The notes beneath the pieces are model-generated. The model ran no database searches. It was not told the DNA's origin and saw only the letters and a program-made list of their open reading frames with translations. This document shows positions 11,705 through 25,098 of a stretch of 64,000 nt of DNA, one piece after another. Origin of the DNA: Neoechinorhynchus agilis (Eukaryota > Animalia > Acanthocephala); NCBI GenBank assembly GCA_051530055.1, contig CM121342.1, forward strand, positions 15,081,480 to 15,145,479. Reading direction: 5' to 3'. Positions within the stretch are counted from its first letter, which is position 1, and the number at the start of each line of letters is the position of its first letter. The position numbers and the translations under genes were made by a program.

Positions 11705-13246
11705 ATGGTAAATGTTTTGAGGATGAAACTTGTAAGCTGTACAATATGAAATTGAGCCGTCTGAAGAGCGTGTTGGGTCGGAGTTTTCTTATTTTGTTCT
11801 TAAAAATGAGTATATAGTTTCTGTGTTGAAATTAACGATTATTTGATTCTTTAATACAGTTTCACGAGCGCAAGATAATCTGTTTAATGGAGAATGCAAT
11901 TTAAAAAGAATTAAACAGTGCAATTAATAAACCGTTGTTAAATACATCCTAAGAAAATCTTGGGAAATATGTGAGTTTTCAAAACACACCGAACGGAATT
12001 AAAATTATTGAGATTGATTTCTTAAAGTGAATAAGAAAAATCATTACATAACTGTGAATGGCAAATCCAACAATCAAAACATACAGTAAAATCTTGATAA
12101 AAATTAGTTTTTTTTAATGTACTCATTTTTATGCTATTTTACAACAATTTCAGATTGGCTTTTAAAGTCGAAAAACGAATGTAAAGGTAAAGAAAATAAA
12201 AATTACATGAATATTATTAACGGTAAATTTTTGATCTTATTTACTTCACTTGCATTCCTCGTCATTGGAGATTGATTAGAGAAGCATCTTTTATCCCTTC
12301 TGATGTTATTGACGGTGGCAGACTTGGAATACTGCAAAAAGATTCAAATAATATTTCGTCCAGGTATATTCGATAGTTCAATCTAAGGCGCAGGTTTTGA
12401 GCCACTTCGGCTTAAAAATCACATTTTTTGCATTCGACGAAGATATCAATATTTAAAATCCTGCTAACTTTCAAGTGGATTCGCTTTGCTGACGTTTGAA
12501 CGAAACCTGAAACTCAGATTCGAATTTCGATTATTTAAGCCGGAAAACATTGAACTTCTTGTTTGGGCGAGATAAGGTTTGAGAAATCCAAAGGGGTTTT
12601 GCAAGCGATTAAACCCCTGATTTCGGATTTGGCACAAGGAGTACCAAGGAAAGATTTACATTTGTTGTTTGCGAAACAGGATTCTACTTCAATTTTAGAA
12701 TGCTTCACATAGTAGAACCACCATTTTTAGGAATGCCGGAAAAACATTTTGCGATAACAAAAATGATTATATCAAATATCGATGCGAAGAAACGGCAACT
12801 TTTGCATCACGTTGGGATGTGTGATGGGATATTCGCGACTTCGATCATAGGATAATTGTATAAATAAAACCGTGTTCAAGATTGTGATATGAAGTTAATA
12901 AAGACAATTGACGAAATCCATAGAGGAGGTGAAAAAATGATAAAAGTTCATAGTGGTCAAGATCTTTTCACGGTAGTCTCTGTTCCAAGTGCAAATGAAA
13001 ACGGTTGCTGTTAGCTTGGAAACGACTGACGATTTGTTTTGTTCAGGTTGATTTGAAAGAGAAATTCATGTGTGGGGCAATAGGAAGACTACTATATTTG
13101 AACTGCTAATTGAAGAACTGTTCGATTAATTTTTAAATTTGTTCGAGGAGAATTTTTAAAAATGGTGTGGAATGAAAGGCAGTCATCTCATAAAAAGATT
13201 CCAAGAACGATTGTAGGCCACTTTGTGTTATACAAATAAGCATACA

Positions 13247-13325
13247 AACTAGTTTGTGTGTTAGTTTGTTGTACAAACAAGCATACAAATTAGTTTGTGA
13301 GTTAATTTATTGTACAAACAAAAGC
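13247..13325. repeat. ~41-bp tandem repeat, about 2 copies
   Basis: tacaaa(t/c)aagcatacaaa(c/t)tagtttgtg... repeated; contains the palindrome acaaactagtttgt. Confidence 0.75.
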
Positions 13326-15085
13326 AAATTTAAAAGTAGTTTTTTGTTCTACATTTGATCAAGAAACGATAGTTAAGATTAAACGCTTTCGGACATTATA
13401 ATAAACTTTTAAGGATGAAAATAGGTGGATTCACGTTCTAGTTTAGCAAATCTTAGATTTTTATTTTATTTACTTCACTTGCGTTCTCCGTCATTTGTGA
13501 TCAAAGAAAATGTTAAAGCAGTTTGCATTAAAGTAAAGACAGTCTAAGTGAGGATATCCACATCAATACATTAAATTCAGCTCATGTCATCGTCCTGTGC
13601 CAACATTTCATAAATTTTAAATCTTCTACTCGAATTCAACCTTTCCTTATTTGCTCTTCTTCTTGACTATTGAACACACCATTTTTCTTCTGAAAAACGA
13701 TTTATGCTTCTGTTCTATTCATCGGAGTTCATTCTTCTTCCTTTCCACCATTTCGCCAACTTTTGTCTTTATCCAACAAAATAAAAAATTTATGATCCTC
13801 GTGCCCCGTCGCCGCATTCTTAATGATATTTTACTTTTATCGGTCCACTGCGACATTTCCTCGAAGCTGTAAATCTCTTGTACTTTAACAAATTCCTCCT
13901 TTTTATCAACTTCTTAAACTCTCTTTTCCTAACCTTTTTGTCAACCTCGATTTTAACCCATTTTCACGTCACCGTTCGTGTTTCAGTTTTCCTTATTTAA
14001 AGGTTTTATTTTTAGCATCATTTGTGATTGGAAAAAATGTTAGAGCATCAAGCGTTAAAGTTAAGACTCTCAAAGTGAGGATCTCCGCTTGAATACATTG
14101 AATTCTGCTCAAAAATGCATTAGCAACTACCACCGCCTTCTTATAACGCTTAAGGACGCATCATCCGATTTTTTTAATATTTGATCAAAAATGCACGAAT
14201 TAATAACGTTTAATCTTCCAAAACTAAGCATTATTTACGGACATTACCAAAAAGTTTGGGTAGATTTAAATTATGTAGAGGTATTTTTAATCCCTTTAGC
14301 GAAGGTGCTATCATATGAAACGATGAGATTCTTGACCTTTTTAACGTGATTTGAGTAATAAGTCTGCGAAACACCAAATACCAAAATCAAGGTACTGTGA
14401 TCTTCGATTTGAATGTTGATGATATTTGCTTTAAGAACGTTCATTTTTCTCTGAAACTCCAAATGAGTCAAGCGTTCAATTTTAAGAGTGGAACGATTGT
14501 TTTAGAGGGATTTCGACTTGTCAATGACACTATAAACTCGCGAGCTTTAATCTCGTATTTATTTTTAACCAAAAAATCTTTTATTGATTACCAAAAAGAT
14601 CTACTTTGCAGTTATTACCCCCCCCCAAATTAAATGGGAATCATTTAAACTGTGGTCCGATCTGAAAACGAATCAAGAAATTATAGGTGAGTGCAGATTT
14701 TAAGCACTGCTTTCATGTCGGTTCTTATCTATTTGCGACAAACTAGACGAAAGTCGCTTAAACTATAATCAAGATTGAATTGTTCATGTTTGTATCTGGC
14801 GTAAAAATTAAAATAATTTATTGGTTCCGATTGACTTCGAAGGCACAATCTCGTGTCTTTATCGAGGTCTAAAAACACATAAAAGGGATGATTAAATTCA
14901 CACTGTACGTAGGATCAGTTTAAAGTCCGCTTTATTCCTCAGTCAATTGTTTCAACCTGACAAATGAATATGGCCTCCATTATAGCACGATCTCATTTGG
15001 ATTCACTTCGCGCCAAAATGGTGACATTGTCGAACCAAAGTTGCGTAGCATGACGAGCAAATTAGTCGGCAACAAACCGCAAAAG

Positions 15086-15151
15086 GTGGGTGCGGATCGA
15101 ACCCCGTACACTTCGAGTATTAGCAAACCCGCGGATCTGAGCTACATCCAG
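15086..15151 (-). pseudogene. Degenerate tRNA-like sequence (pseudo-tRNA or SINE head)
   Basis: A-box-like TAGCTCAG, B-box GGTTCGATCC, 5 of 7 acceptor pairs, CGGGT/ACTCG stem and a trailing TTTT. D and T arms are partly deleted. Confidence 0.5.
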
Positions 15152-15647
15152 AAATGACCAGCTGTGCATGCTGTTTATATTGTCTCCATTTTAGATAACG
15201 ACTGAAGAGGCAAGGAAAACCTTACGAAATATTTCTCAAATAAATGAGTATCGATAACACTGGGGACAGCATTCGCCAATGTACAATAGTAGAAATGTTT
15301 GTGGGAGATTTGATCATGTTCTCTGAGATGGTTATGGCGTTTCACAAAGTTAAATTAGTTACGACATGTTATCGAAATTCATTTGTGATCCAATCAATTT
15401 ACCAATTATCAAGACCATCTAAAATATAATAAACAATTTATCTGAAAGGGACATGTGGGGTGGGTTAAATAAAATAATGTATCCAGAAAGGAAACATCGA
15501 AAAAAGGGAATATTATACCGTCTCCAGAGATTTGTTTCCACAAATTGTTTATGCAAATAACTCAAATATGTTGAAAATATCATGTATGAATATATCTGCT
15601 TTTCGAAGGTGCTGCTCGACTTTGTTTCAACGATGATAACTTCTATG

Positions 15648-15989
15648 CATCGATTTATAACCATTTTGTTTATTCTTGCAAGCTTCAAAATTTCTCCTTA
15701 TTTAAACGAAAAATCAAAACAAAGTAACATTTCAGAACAGTTGAATGTCGAAAACAATCCGAATGCTGAGGATTTTTATCTTTTGCTCATCTTAATATTC
15801 TCGATCCCAATCTTTGCATTTATTTTATTTGCGATCGGAATTAACATTTTTTTGTAATCGAAGGTAAAATGAAAAGCAAAAGATCCACTAACTTAATGTT
15901 AACAATTTAGGACAGGAGATACAGATAAGTATGAACTCGCTGATTGTGGAGTTGATTCAGGTTCGATCGGGGATCTTGGAATTTTGTAA
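15648..15989 (+). CDS. Small orphan type I membrane protein
   Basis: Signal-like MHRFITILFILAS, polar ectodomain, ~25-aa hydrophobic TM. A GT-AG intron at 15854-15910 gives the tail TGDTDKYELADCGVDSGSIGDLGIL*. Confidence 0.45.
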
Positions 15990-16039
15990 AGGAATTTCTA
16001 AAAAATTTAAAACCTTTTATCATCGACAGTCTCGAAACT

Positions 16040-18720
16040 CAAAATGTGATGAAGCGCCTCTTACAATATCTTCCAAAAACGGTCTTGAAGAGGATTCCAA
16101 AAGGAGCCAGGAATAGCTGCTGTGAAACCGACGAATACAAACTATTCACGTTTATTCGCCTTTCCAAAATTGGTTCTGAGTACTAGCCGTGACCCCGAGT
16201 CCAGCCTCACGACCACCATCAAGCAGCGGATAACCAATTTTGATCGACTTTTTGAGGAGGCTGTGACGAAAAGTTACAATAATCAAACTCTTACCAAGAA
16301 ACATCCAGAAGGACCCTTCGGCCGTCCTTATAATTTGAGTAATAGGATTTCTGCCAAATTGGCAGACGCAGATGTCCGTGGAGCGGTCAGGTTACTCAGT
16401 TCCACAGCTACGTTTGCGGACAACGACCGCTCGACACTGGAGGCGTTGAGAAGTAAGCATCCTTCAGCTTTGCCACCGATTTTGCCCCCGATACCGGAAA
16501 AGTCGCGTCAATCGACGAGGTGCACGCGGGAGGAACTTAGATGTGCTGTATCCTCGTTCCCCAATGGGTCGGGACATGGACCCGACGGACTTCGACCCCA
16601 ACACATCAAGGATATGTTGGGATTTGGAACGGGAGTGATGGGAATGAAGCTCGAAACCGAACTCGTTAATGTGGTCGATGAAATCATAAATGGACCTCTC
16701 CCACTTGAAGCAACGAATTTTCTATTCTCGGCATCTCTTTGCGCCCTTTCCAAATCAAACGGAGATATTCGTCCGATAGCTGTGGGCTGCACTCTAAGAC
16801 GTTTGGCAGGGAAGATTTTGTGTAAGCGACTGAGCGAAAGTGTAGGTGGGCAACTCAGACCTTTTCAGTTGGGCTGCTGTACTCCATGTGGAGCAGAAGC
16901 GATAGTGCACTCCACACGTACCTATATCGACGCCTCTGCCACCCCAACGGTTGTCCTAAAAGTCGATTTTTCGAACGCCTTTAATACAGTCGATCGAACA
17001 GCCTTGCTAAGTACCATTGCTCGAGAATTACCTGAAGCCTATGAATACTTTGTGAAGGCGTATGGTTCTAAGACACCTCTACATTTCAACGAGCACACCA
17101 TTTGGTCCGAAACAGGCCTGCAACAAGGCGATCCTCTCGGCCCCATAGGATTTTCCTTAACAACCAATGGAATATCTCGTAAGCTCAAGGCAAGTTTGAA
17201 CGTCTGGTACTTGGATGACGCGACATTGGGCGGTGACCCAAAGACGGTTCTAGAAGACCTGCAATCCCTGCTTGTTTCTGCTGCGGAATTTGGCCTACGT
17301 GTCAACCCCGCGAAGTGTGAACTATTGCCACTAAATATTTCACATTCTCACATGGCGGATATAATGCAGTCCTTCGAATCCGTTGCCCCAGGAATCCGAT
17401 TAATCAACCGGCAAAGCTTCACTCTTCTCGGCAGTTGCGTCCTGGATGCGAACATAGATCGCGAGATTGAAGAAGAGCTCCCTAAACTGGATCTTTTGTG
17501 CTCCCGCGTTCAAGAATTGAATGCACACGAAGCTCTCTTCTTGGTGAGAAACTGCCTATACATATCGAAGCTTATGTTCAAGATGAGAGCAGCCCCGTAC
17601 TTCCGACACACCAAACGTCTCCTTGACTTAGATGGTTTGATGAAAAAGCATCTTGAGAAGGTAACGAACTGCGCCATCACTGATGAAGCTTGGCAACAAG
17701 CTGCCCTTCCGATCAAATACGGAGGTTTAGGCTTACGAAGTGTGGCTGGTTTGGCCCTTCCGGCATTCGTATCCTCGATGCACAAGACGGAGGAATTACA
17801 GGGGGAAATTCTTTTAAACAGAATGCCGAAGCCATGCAAACTATTGAAACAGGGAGTCACATCATGGCTCTCGCAGACCGGTCTGCAACAAGCTCCAACC
17901 AACGCGCACGAACAATCTGCTTGGGATAACCCCTTAATCCTGACGGCTCACAACAAACTAAAAGGCCAGATGGACGAGATGTCTCAAGCTAGACTTGTGG
18001 CCAGTTTCTCGAATGAGTCAGGCGCATGGTTGAACGTTTTGCCAATTGGTACTTTGGGAACTTTGCTGGACGACGAGACAGTTCGAATAGCCGTCGCTCT
18101 ACGTTTAGGACTTCCAACCTGTGCCCCACACCAGTGCCGATGTGGAATAAAAGTTGACGTGCTCGGGAGACATGGACTCTACTGCAGGAGATCGAGCGGT
18201 CGTTTCCCAAGGCACGCAGAGCTCAACGCGATCATTAGCAGAGCTCTGAACTCGATCCACGTTCCAACCATCCTGGAGCCCAATCACCTCTGTCGCTCGG
18301 ATAGTAAGCGTCCCGACGGTATGACCGTTTTCCCTTAGAAAGAAGGGAAGAGTCTAATTTGGGACGCAACATGCGTGGACTCACTCGCCCTGCCCAACCG
18401 GCAAGATGCTTTAGCGGAGACGGAAGGAGCAGCGAGTGCCGCCGAAAGGAGGAAAGCGGAGAAATACAATGAGCTCAAACAAAATTACATTTTCCTTCCT
18501 TTCGGCGTGGAGACACAAGGGGCGCTGGGATCTTCGGCACGAAGCTTTTGTGCCGAACTCGGAAGACGACTTGCAGCAGAAACAGGGGAGCGACGCGAGA
18601 GGATTTTCCTAATCCAAAGAATAAGCCTCGCAATCCAACGAGGAAATGCGGTCAGCGTCCGGGGGACGATTTAATCATTTTAAAATAAATAGTCTTTTTA
18701 AAAAAAAATAAAAAATTAAG
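16040..18720 (+). mobile_element. CRE-clade non-LTR retrotransposon (RT plus restriction-like endonuclease), near intact
   Basis: VLKRIPKGAR, RPIAVG, DFSNAFN, QQGDPLGP, WYLDD, SGAWL, CRC...C..RH, RPDG, WDAT, QRGN. One frameshift near 16120, a TAG at 18336-18338, and an A-rich tail. Confidence 0.92.
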
Positions 18721-18743
18721 GGAAAAATATAAAATAAATATAA

Positions 18744-19044
18744 TCTCTAGTTAGAATATAACATTAAAATATTCGTAGATATCTTTTTAAACTTAGCTGC
18801 ATGGATGGATTTAGGCAGCAAACCGGCAACCGCGCAAGGACAAAAACCGAAATTTACATTAATCAATATGCTTATTAAGGTTTTGGCGGGGTAATTTTAA
18901 TTGATTTCAGTTTAATAGTCTGGTGAATCTATGAAATAAACAATTGTTAATTCAAACGGAATTTTCTTGACAAGAGAATATGTTAAACATTGTCAGTGAC
19001 TAAAATGATATTGTTTGTGATCAATAATATTGTAAGATTAATTC
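18744..19044 (+). repeat. ~300-bp AT-rich duplication, copy 1
   Basis: Colinear similarity to 20733-21034. Confidence 0.8.
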
Positions 19045-20732
19045 AATAGCGAAGGAATCGCGGCATCCGAAAAAAACCTCCACGATCGCTAGGGGAGTCT
19101 GTTATATTAAGTTTAGCGAAGTTACTTAACGATGATGACCAATCTATTCGATAATACAAGTGATTGGCGGAAAATGGATGAATAACAAGACGGTGAATCT
19201 TAAAAAATTGTATTTGCTCTTTAAGTGTATTATGCAATTTTTACATTAGTTTTCATAGCGATGATCGCTCAATTTTACAGCCTTTTTTCGTCAACATCTA
19301 AATGAATAGTAACGATTTTCGCGCATAATGTTTAGCCATCATATCGCATCTTCCGATTAAATTTATCTATACTTCCGATTTTTTTACCCCTACAGCAAAC
19401 AAGCTTTCTAAATAGTTTTGCCTTTCTACATGTTGTTCAACAACATTTTTAATTTAGATTTCTCATAGTTTAGTACTAATTTTTAAATATCTATTTCCAG
19501 TAGAATTCAATATTTTCATTCTAACATTAATCTTAGCGATCAATCTTTTCCATGAAATTTAAAGGAAATTTTTTTAATTGTATTACAAGTTGAAATGGAT
19601 AAAAATTACGACCGTTTAAATATATTTCTAGTAAATCTATTGATGTCAAATATTTGATGCTTGATAGGTAGAATATTAACGAAGGCGAGTTTTAGACTCC
19701 GTTTCATGGACGCGTTTTTAACACGAAATCATGAAATATTTTTATTATTACATTAATCTTATTCGTTTAATGTTTCAAATAATTTAAGGGAAGAAGATTG
19801 CTATTATTTTTTGTTAACAACTTACAGCAGCTAAGTTTAACTAATTATTTGAAGAATGCAATATTTAAGTCGGAGTAAATAAGAGATTTACGGTCGCTTA
19901 AATGTATTTCTAATAAATATATTGATGTCAGATATTTGACGCTTGATAGACAGAATATTTACGAAGGCGGGTAATTCGATCCTAAAAATAATCGTCAACC
20001 TAAAGTCCAACTGTTTTTTGCTCCCTTATTAAAACAATGTGTAAGCATTTATCTTTTCGGCATTTTACCAAGATCGATTTTTAAAGCCATAAGAAAATAC
20101 TTTTACCAACTAAATATTATCATCATAATTTCGGTTGAATATCATTAAAAGCGGCGCAAATATTTTCAAATTTTACTGGAAAGCTCCCTAGACACTAAAG
20201 AGCTTTAAGTTCATTCAACTGAAATTTAATCCATTTGATCACGTTTCACATATTCTTCAAAAACCAGATCGATATCAATTTCATGGTTGGTCCACGTGAC
20301 CGCTGGTTTTGAATAGAAAGCGTATCTCTTCAGCAAACTGGTCCATAATCGTCGATATTTGCTGCAATTGAATAATATCTACCAACAATGCAAAATTCAG
20401 CTAATAACTTACCAAATGAAGAACTCTGTTTAAAAGATACGGAGATCAAGCTTCGTTCTCCCACGACCTCAGCCAGAATCAAAGCAAATCGCAGGCAGCA
20501 TTTAGGGCAAACTAAGTGGATTTTCGACGATGTTGTGCTTGATTTTTCCAAAGCAAATAACCCAGCACTTCAATCCGATTCCATAAATGATCAATAAACA
20601 TTTGACATTAACATTTATTTTATTTATTGAGCTAACTATCACCTCTAATTACTGTATAATAAATGACCTTAACATCTTATTTTCGTTACGTCCATTGGAC
20701 AAAAAAAATCGATTTTTTTAAGAAATCATTTA

Positions 20733-21034
20733 TCTCTAGTTAGAAGATAACATTAAAATATTCGTAGATATCCTTCCAAACTTACCTTCATCGAAGGATT
20801 TAGGCAGCAAGCAGGCAACTGCACAAGGACAAAAAATCGAAATTTACATTAATCAAGCAGCTGATTAAAATTTTGACTTGGTAATTTTGATTAATTTCAG
20901 TTTAATATACTGGTCAATCTATGAAATAAACAATTGTTAATTCAAACCGAATTTTCTTGAGAAGGGAATATGTAAAACATTGTTAGTGACCAAAATGATA
21001 TTGTTTGTGATCAATAGCATTGTAAGATTAATTC
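20733..21034 (+). repeat. ~300-bp AT-rich duplication, copy 2
   Basis: Colinear similarity to 18744-19044. Confidence 0.8.
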
Positions 21035-21119
21035 GCATAAACGTTTGAAAAACATAACAAAACGGTGAATAAATTTTGGCAATTTTGAGGGCTCTCTTCG
21101 TTAGATGAAATTTCACTCG

Positions 21120-21910
21120 TCAATTTACGTACGCGGAATCACCTTTAATTCCCTTTACCCAAAGAAAGCGTTCAAATCTGCGGACCGTGGTACCGGAGAA
21201 AAGATTCATCTTGAAATTCTCTATTTTCCGGTAATCATGGAACTCGCTGCAGGTAAATTGTGCTCCGTTATCTGAGACCAATACTTTGGGCACATCCTTG
21301 CGCGCGAATATTTCTCTAAGCTTGTTCACTACGGCGGACGACGTTATTTTGTTTATGCTGACAACCCCTGGCCATCTCAAGTATGAGTCAACCGCCACCA
21401 ACCAACTGTGACTTGGACCCGCTAGATCGATATGCACTTTCTCCCACGGTCTATTTGAGAGTGGCCAAAAGTTCAACGGTACCTTGCTCACAATCAATCT
21501 TTGTTCTTGGCATTGTTGGCACAATCCAACGAATCTTATGAGATCTGCATCCATTCCGGGCCACCATATATGATGCTTCGCTAATGCCTTCATTCCTGAG
21601 ATTCCAGAGTGGCCACTATGTAAATAAGCTAGGACGCGCTTTTGAAGACTCTTTTTTCCACGGCCAATTCTAATTTTCGAATTTTGAAAGGTTCTAGCTC
21701 ATTTGATACTCTTTCCGGCCATCGGAATTGCACATACTGTTTGACCAACTTGAGCGTTGTTTCTTCTTTTGTTGCCCGTTGAAGTGTTTCCACTGATAGG
21801 CCAAACTCGTTTAGATTCGACACGATCATCTTAGCCTCCTCACAAGACTCCTCATACCGGTCCATGTTCTTCATCAACGAAACATCGCCACAGTTCATTT
21901 TATACAGCAT
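21120..21910 (-). mobile_element. Second Gypsy pol fragment (RNase H-integrase)
   Basis: WWPGMDAD, CQQCQ, PWEKVHIDLAGP, VDSYLRWP, VSDNGAQF. Confidence 0.88.
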
Positions 21911-21920
21911 GTACTATCAA

Positions 21921-24750
21921 TTACCCTGTCCTCCGAACAAACGATTGCTTCCACTCATGCTCAGCTGCGGCAAACATTTCCAAAATGCTATCTGGCTGCT
22001 TGAGGAATAGTGCATTTTTTAGCAGAACCTCTCCAAAAATAAGACGTTGCTCCGGAGATCTACCGCAACTAAAAAACGTAAGGCTAGAGATGGCCCATGC
22101 TTTCCAAATTTGAACGCGTTTTTTGTCCGTTAGGTTCAGCTTACTTGCTCTAATATAAAAACGTTTTGCTAATTTAAGAATTTTATTAAAATGTGTCAGA
22201 TCAAATTTCTCATTCAACCTTGCATTAAAATTATATCCTAAAATCTTAATTCGGTTGAATTTTTTGTTATTTGAATCTTGGTCTACAATTGGTAGGATTT
22301 GTTCCCTGATGATCCTTTTTAACTTTTTGGTAATATAAGGGCTACCAGCCACGGCCATAATGTTTGTTTTATTGCAATTCAAGCTTAGGCCCATTAAGTT
22401 TGACTGTCGATTAATAAAAGATACGAGGTCTCTCATTAACACCAGGAGTTCCCAGGAGTTATCGGTAAAAAGAACCGCGCTATTGTCGTCTGCGTAGATA
22501 ATCGTTTTCACCCCATCTCTTGAATAGCCCGAGATGAATTGTATCGCAACCAGGAATAGTATTGGCGATAGCGGTGAACCCTGAGGGAGACCTTCAGTTG
22601 GGAAGAAAACTGCCGTCCGTGTCGTCCTCGAAGTAAAAGGATTTTGAGCTAAGTATATCCCATAGGCGGGCAAGAATATCGGTAGGAAAATTGTGGTGTA
22701 GGTTCATATTGTCATAGGCCGCTGAGAATTTAAAAGAAATTAAGCATTTGCATTTGCATGGGTTGAGGGAAAGAGGAGAATAGATATCCCTAACGGCCGA
22801 AATGACCGACCTACCCCGAAGAAACCGTGACAGTTTCAGGAGATGATGTCCTTCTCCACACAAAATTCCATGAGGTAGTCAGCGAGTGCCTTCTCATATA
22901 ACGATACTAGAGAATTTTGTATTGAGATGGGGCTCAGGTCAGATGGGAAAGTAACTGTACGTTTTTTGCCTTTAACCAGGAGGATACGGCGTGATATGTT
23001 AATTTTTTCCCACTCGTCCTCAGATGCCCGTAGAATGCAAGAAATAATTGCTGGTTTTATTGATGGATCAATAAATATAAGACATTTCGAGGGAGCCGAG
23101 AAATTATTCGTACACATCTTGACGGATTTATCCCAAGCCCTTAGCAAATCATTCGAAGTCAAGTCTCCATTATTTAGGGATCGCAGCAAAGGCAACTTCA
23201 GCCAATTACCATTGGGCACTAAGCCAGCACCAAACGATAATTTCTCAATAATCTCATTAACCACTGATTTGTCAGAGGTGTCTCGAATCCAACGAGACGC
23301 TCTGACTCTCCACCTAACATATTTGGAGTTTTTTAGAATGCGCCAGAAAGATTTAGTGGAAGATGAAAGACGCTTAATGATCCGGTGATGAACGGCTAAA
23401 TGAAGCCTATAATTGCAAGCCCAGTATTTTCGCGTCCAAATACGCTTAGACGTGTCATCCTGTAAAAGATCGCAAATTATTCAAGATTACCCTACCAGTT
23501 ACAGAATAATTAGGTACTGATAAAAATATATTGGGCATTTTAGAAATTAGATGATTCCACGCCGGAAGGGTACTATAATTCGGCATTGTACGCTTGATTG
23601 CGAAATTGAAGAAGGCTACGTTCAGGGGAGAGAAGCGATATTTTCGGGATAATGACAGGCCGTCCGTAATATTCCATGTTGACATATCATGGAAGCAAAT
23701 TTCCGCAATCGACGTCTGTTTGGCGGGGGATATTGTCACGCGTCGATCCAATGGGGCGAAACAACCATCCAAGAAGGAATGAGAATTGTTATGGAGCCTG
23801 TGAAAAGTAAGTTGAATAAGACAGATGAATTCGTGTGTGCCATCACGATTGGCCACAGCCCGGGTCCATTTACCGGACGGATCATTAAAATCCCCGAACA
23901 AGAGAATGTTCCCAATGCCAAGAATGTGTTGAAGAATGTCCGTGGTTGTGGATTTATGGATAAAATTAGGGCGAACATACACATTTCCTATTAAAACGTT
24001 TCCTCCAGCTTTTCCTTTCATCTCGAATAGAGCGAAAGATAAGTTCTCATTTACATAACTTTGAACAAGAGAGACGCATAACTCTTTCTTGAATAGAGAC
24101 AATAGGCCAGAGGAATGAGGGTTTAACGGAGAAGAAGGGAAAACGTCGTATTTGATCAGAACTGAAGTAGGTAATAAATTATTAAATTCGAAAGCTGTTT
24201 TCTTTACTTCTTGGACGCAAATAAAATCCCGGTTAATGTGATTAAAAAAATTAAGTTTATTAAAAGCCGCGGCTCCTCCGGAGTTCCACTGAAGGCAGTG
24301 AAGATTCAGGGTGCTGGAGAGGTCCCACTTGGCATCATTCAATGGAGATGGGCTCCATGAGTGCATCAGAATCGCTAGTAATGATTCTACTGGCTGAGAC
24401 ATCATTAGCAGCACTGCGTGGAGCTTTCTTGTTCACTTTGTCACGGACCTTTGACAAACCCCGCTTACCTTTAGGTTGTGCAGAGACCATCTTGACACCA
24501 TTGTTCGGGTTGCAATCCGAGACTGAAGCAAACTGGTTGGGCGTTGCTGGTTGTATCAAGGTAAGTAACTTGTGAATCTGTTCAGCTAGTTGGTTCTGCG
24601 TATTATTGAAGAGCATTGTTATTCGGTGCGACACTTCCTCTAATACTTTCTCAAAGATTCTCTGACATATTATATTCTCATTCAAGATGCTTCGACCGTT
24701 ATCAGCAGCGGCCTTATGAGTCTCCTGGACCACGGTTTTAGATACCATCG
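21921..24750 (-). mobile_element. Divergent APE-RT LINE, copy A (degraded)
   Basis: LQWNSGG, CVQE, GDFND, SFLD; PISIQNS, GLPQGSPLSP, YADD. A short upstream ORF at 24335-24748 overlaps the APE frame. Confidence 0.82.
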
Positions 24751-25098
24751 TAGGAATCTAGTTTTTGTTGCTAGCACCAGATGTACCCGCTCTACAAGCG
24801 TTTACATATTCCATGAAGCAGCGGCATCCTTTAAAATAACTCCTATGAGGACCACCACAATTTCCGCACTTGACAATCTTGTTGTTGCAGGCAGTTAACT
24901 AAAAAATTTTTATTCGGCAAAGGCAAACCATGGATCGAACGCTGTCGCTGAATAACTGAAGCAACATTCTATACTAGTTACTATCCGTTTTTGGAAGTCA
25001 TAACCCGATCCACTGCATGGATTTGTTGGCCCAGTCTGCTGAGGAAATCCACTCAAAGGGTAGTCTAGACAGGGTTTTCAAGAAAACACAGCGGAATT

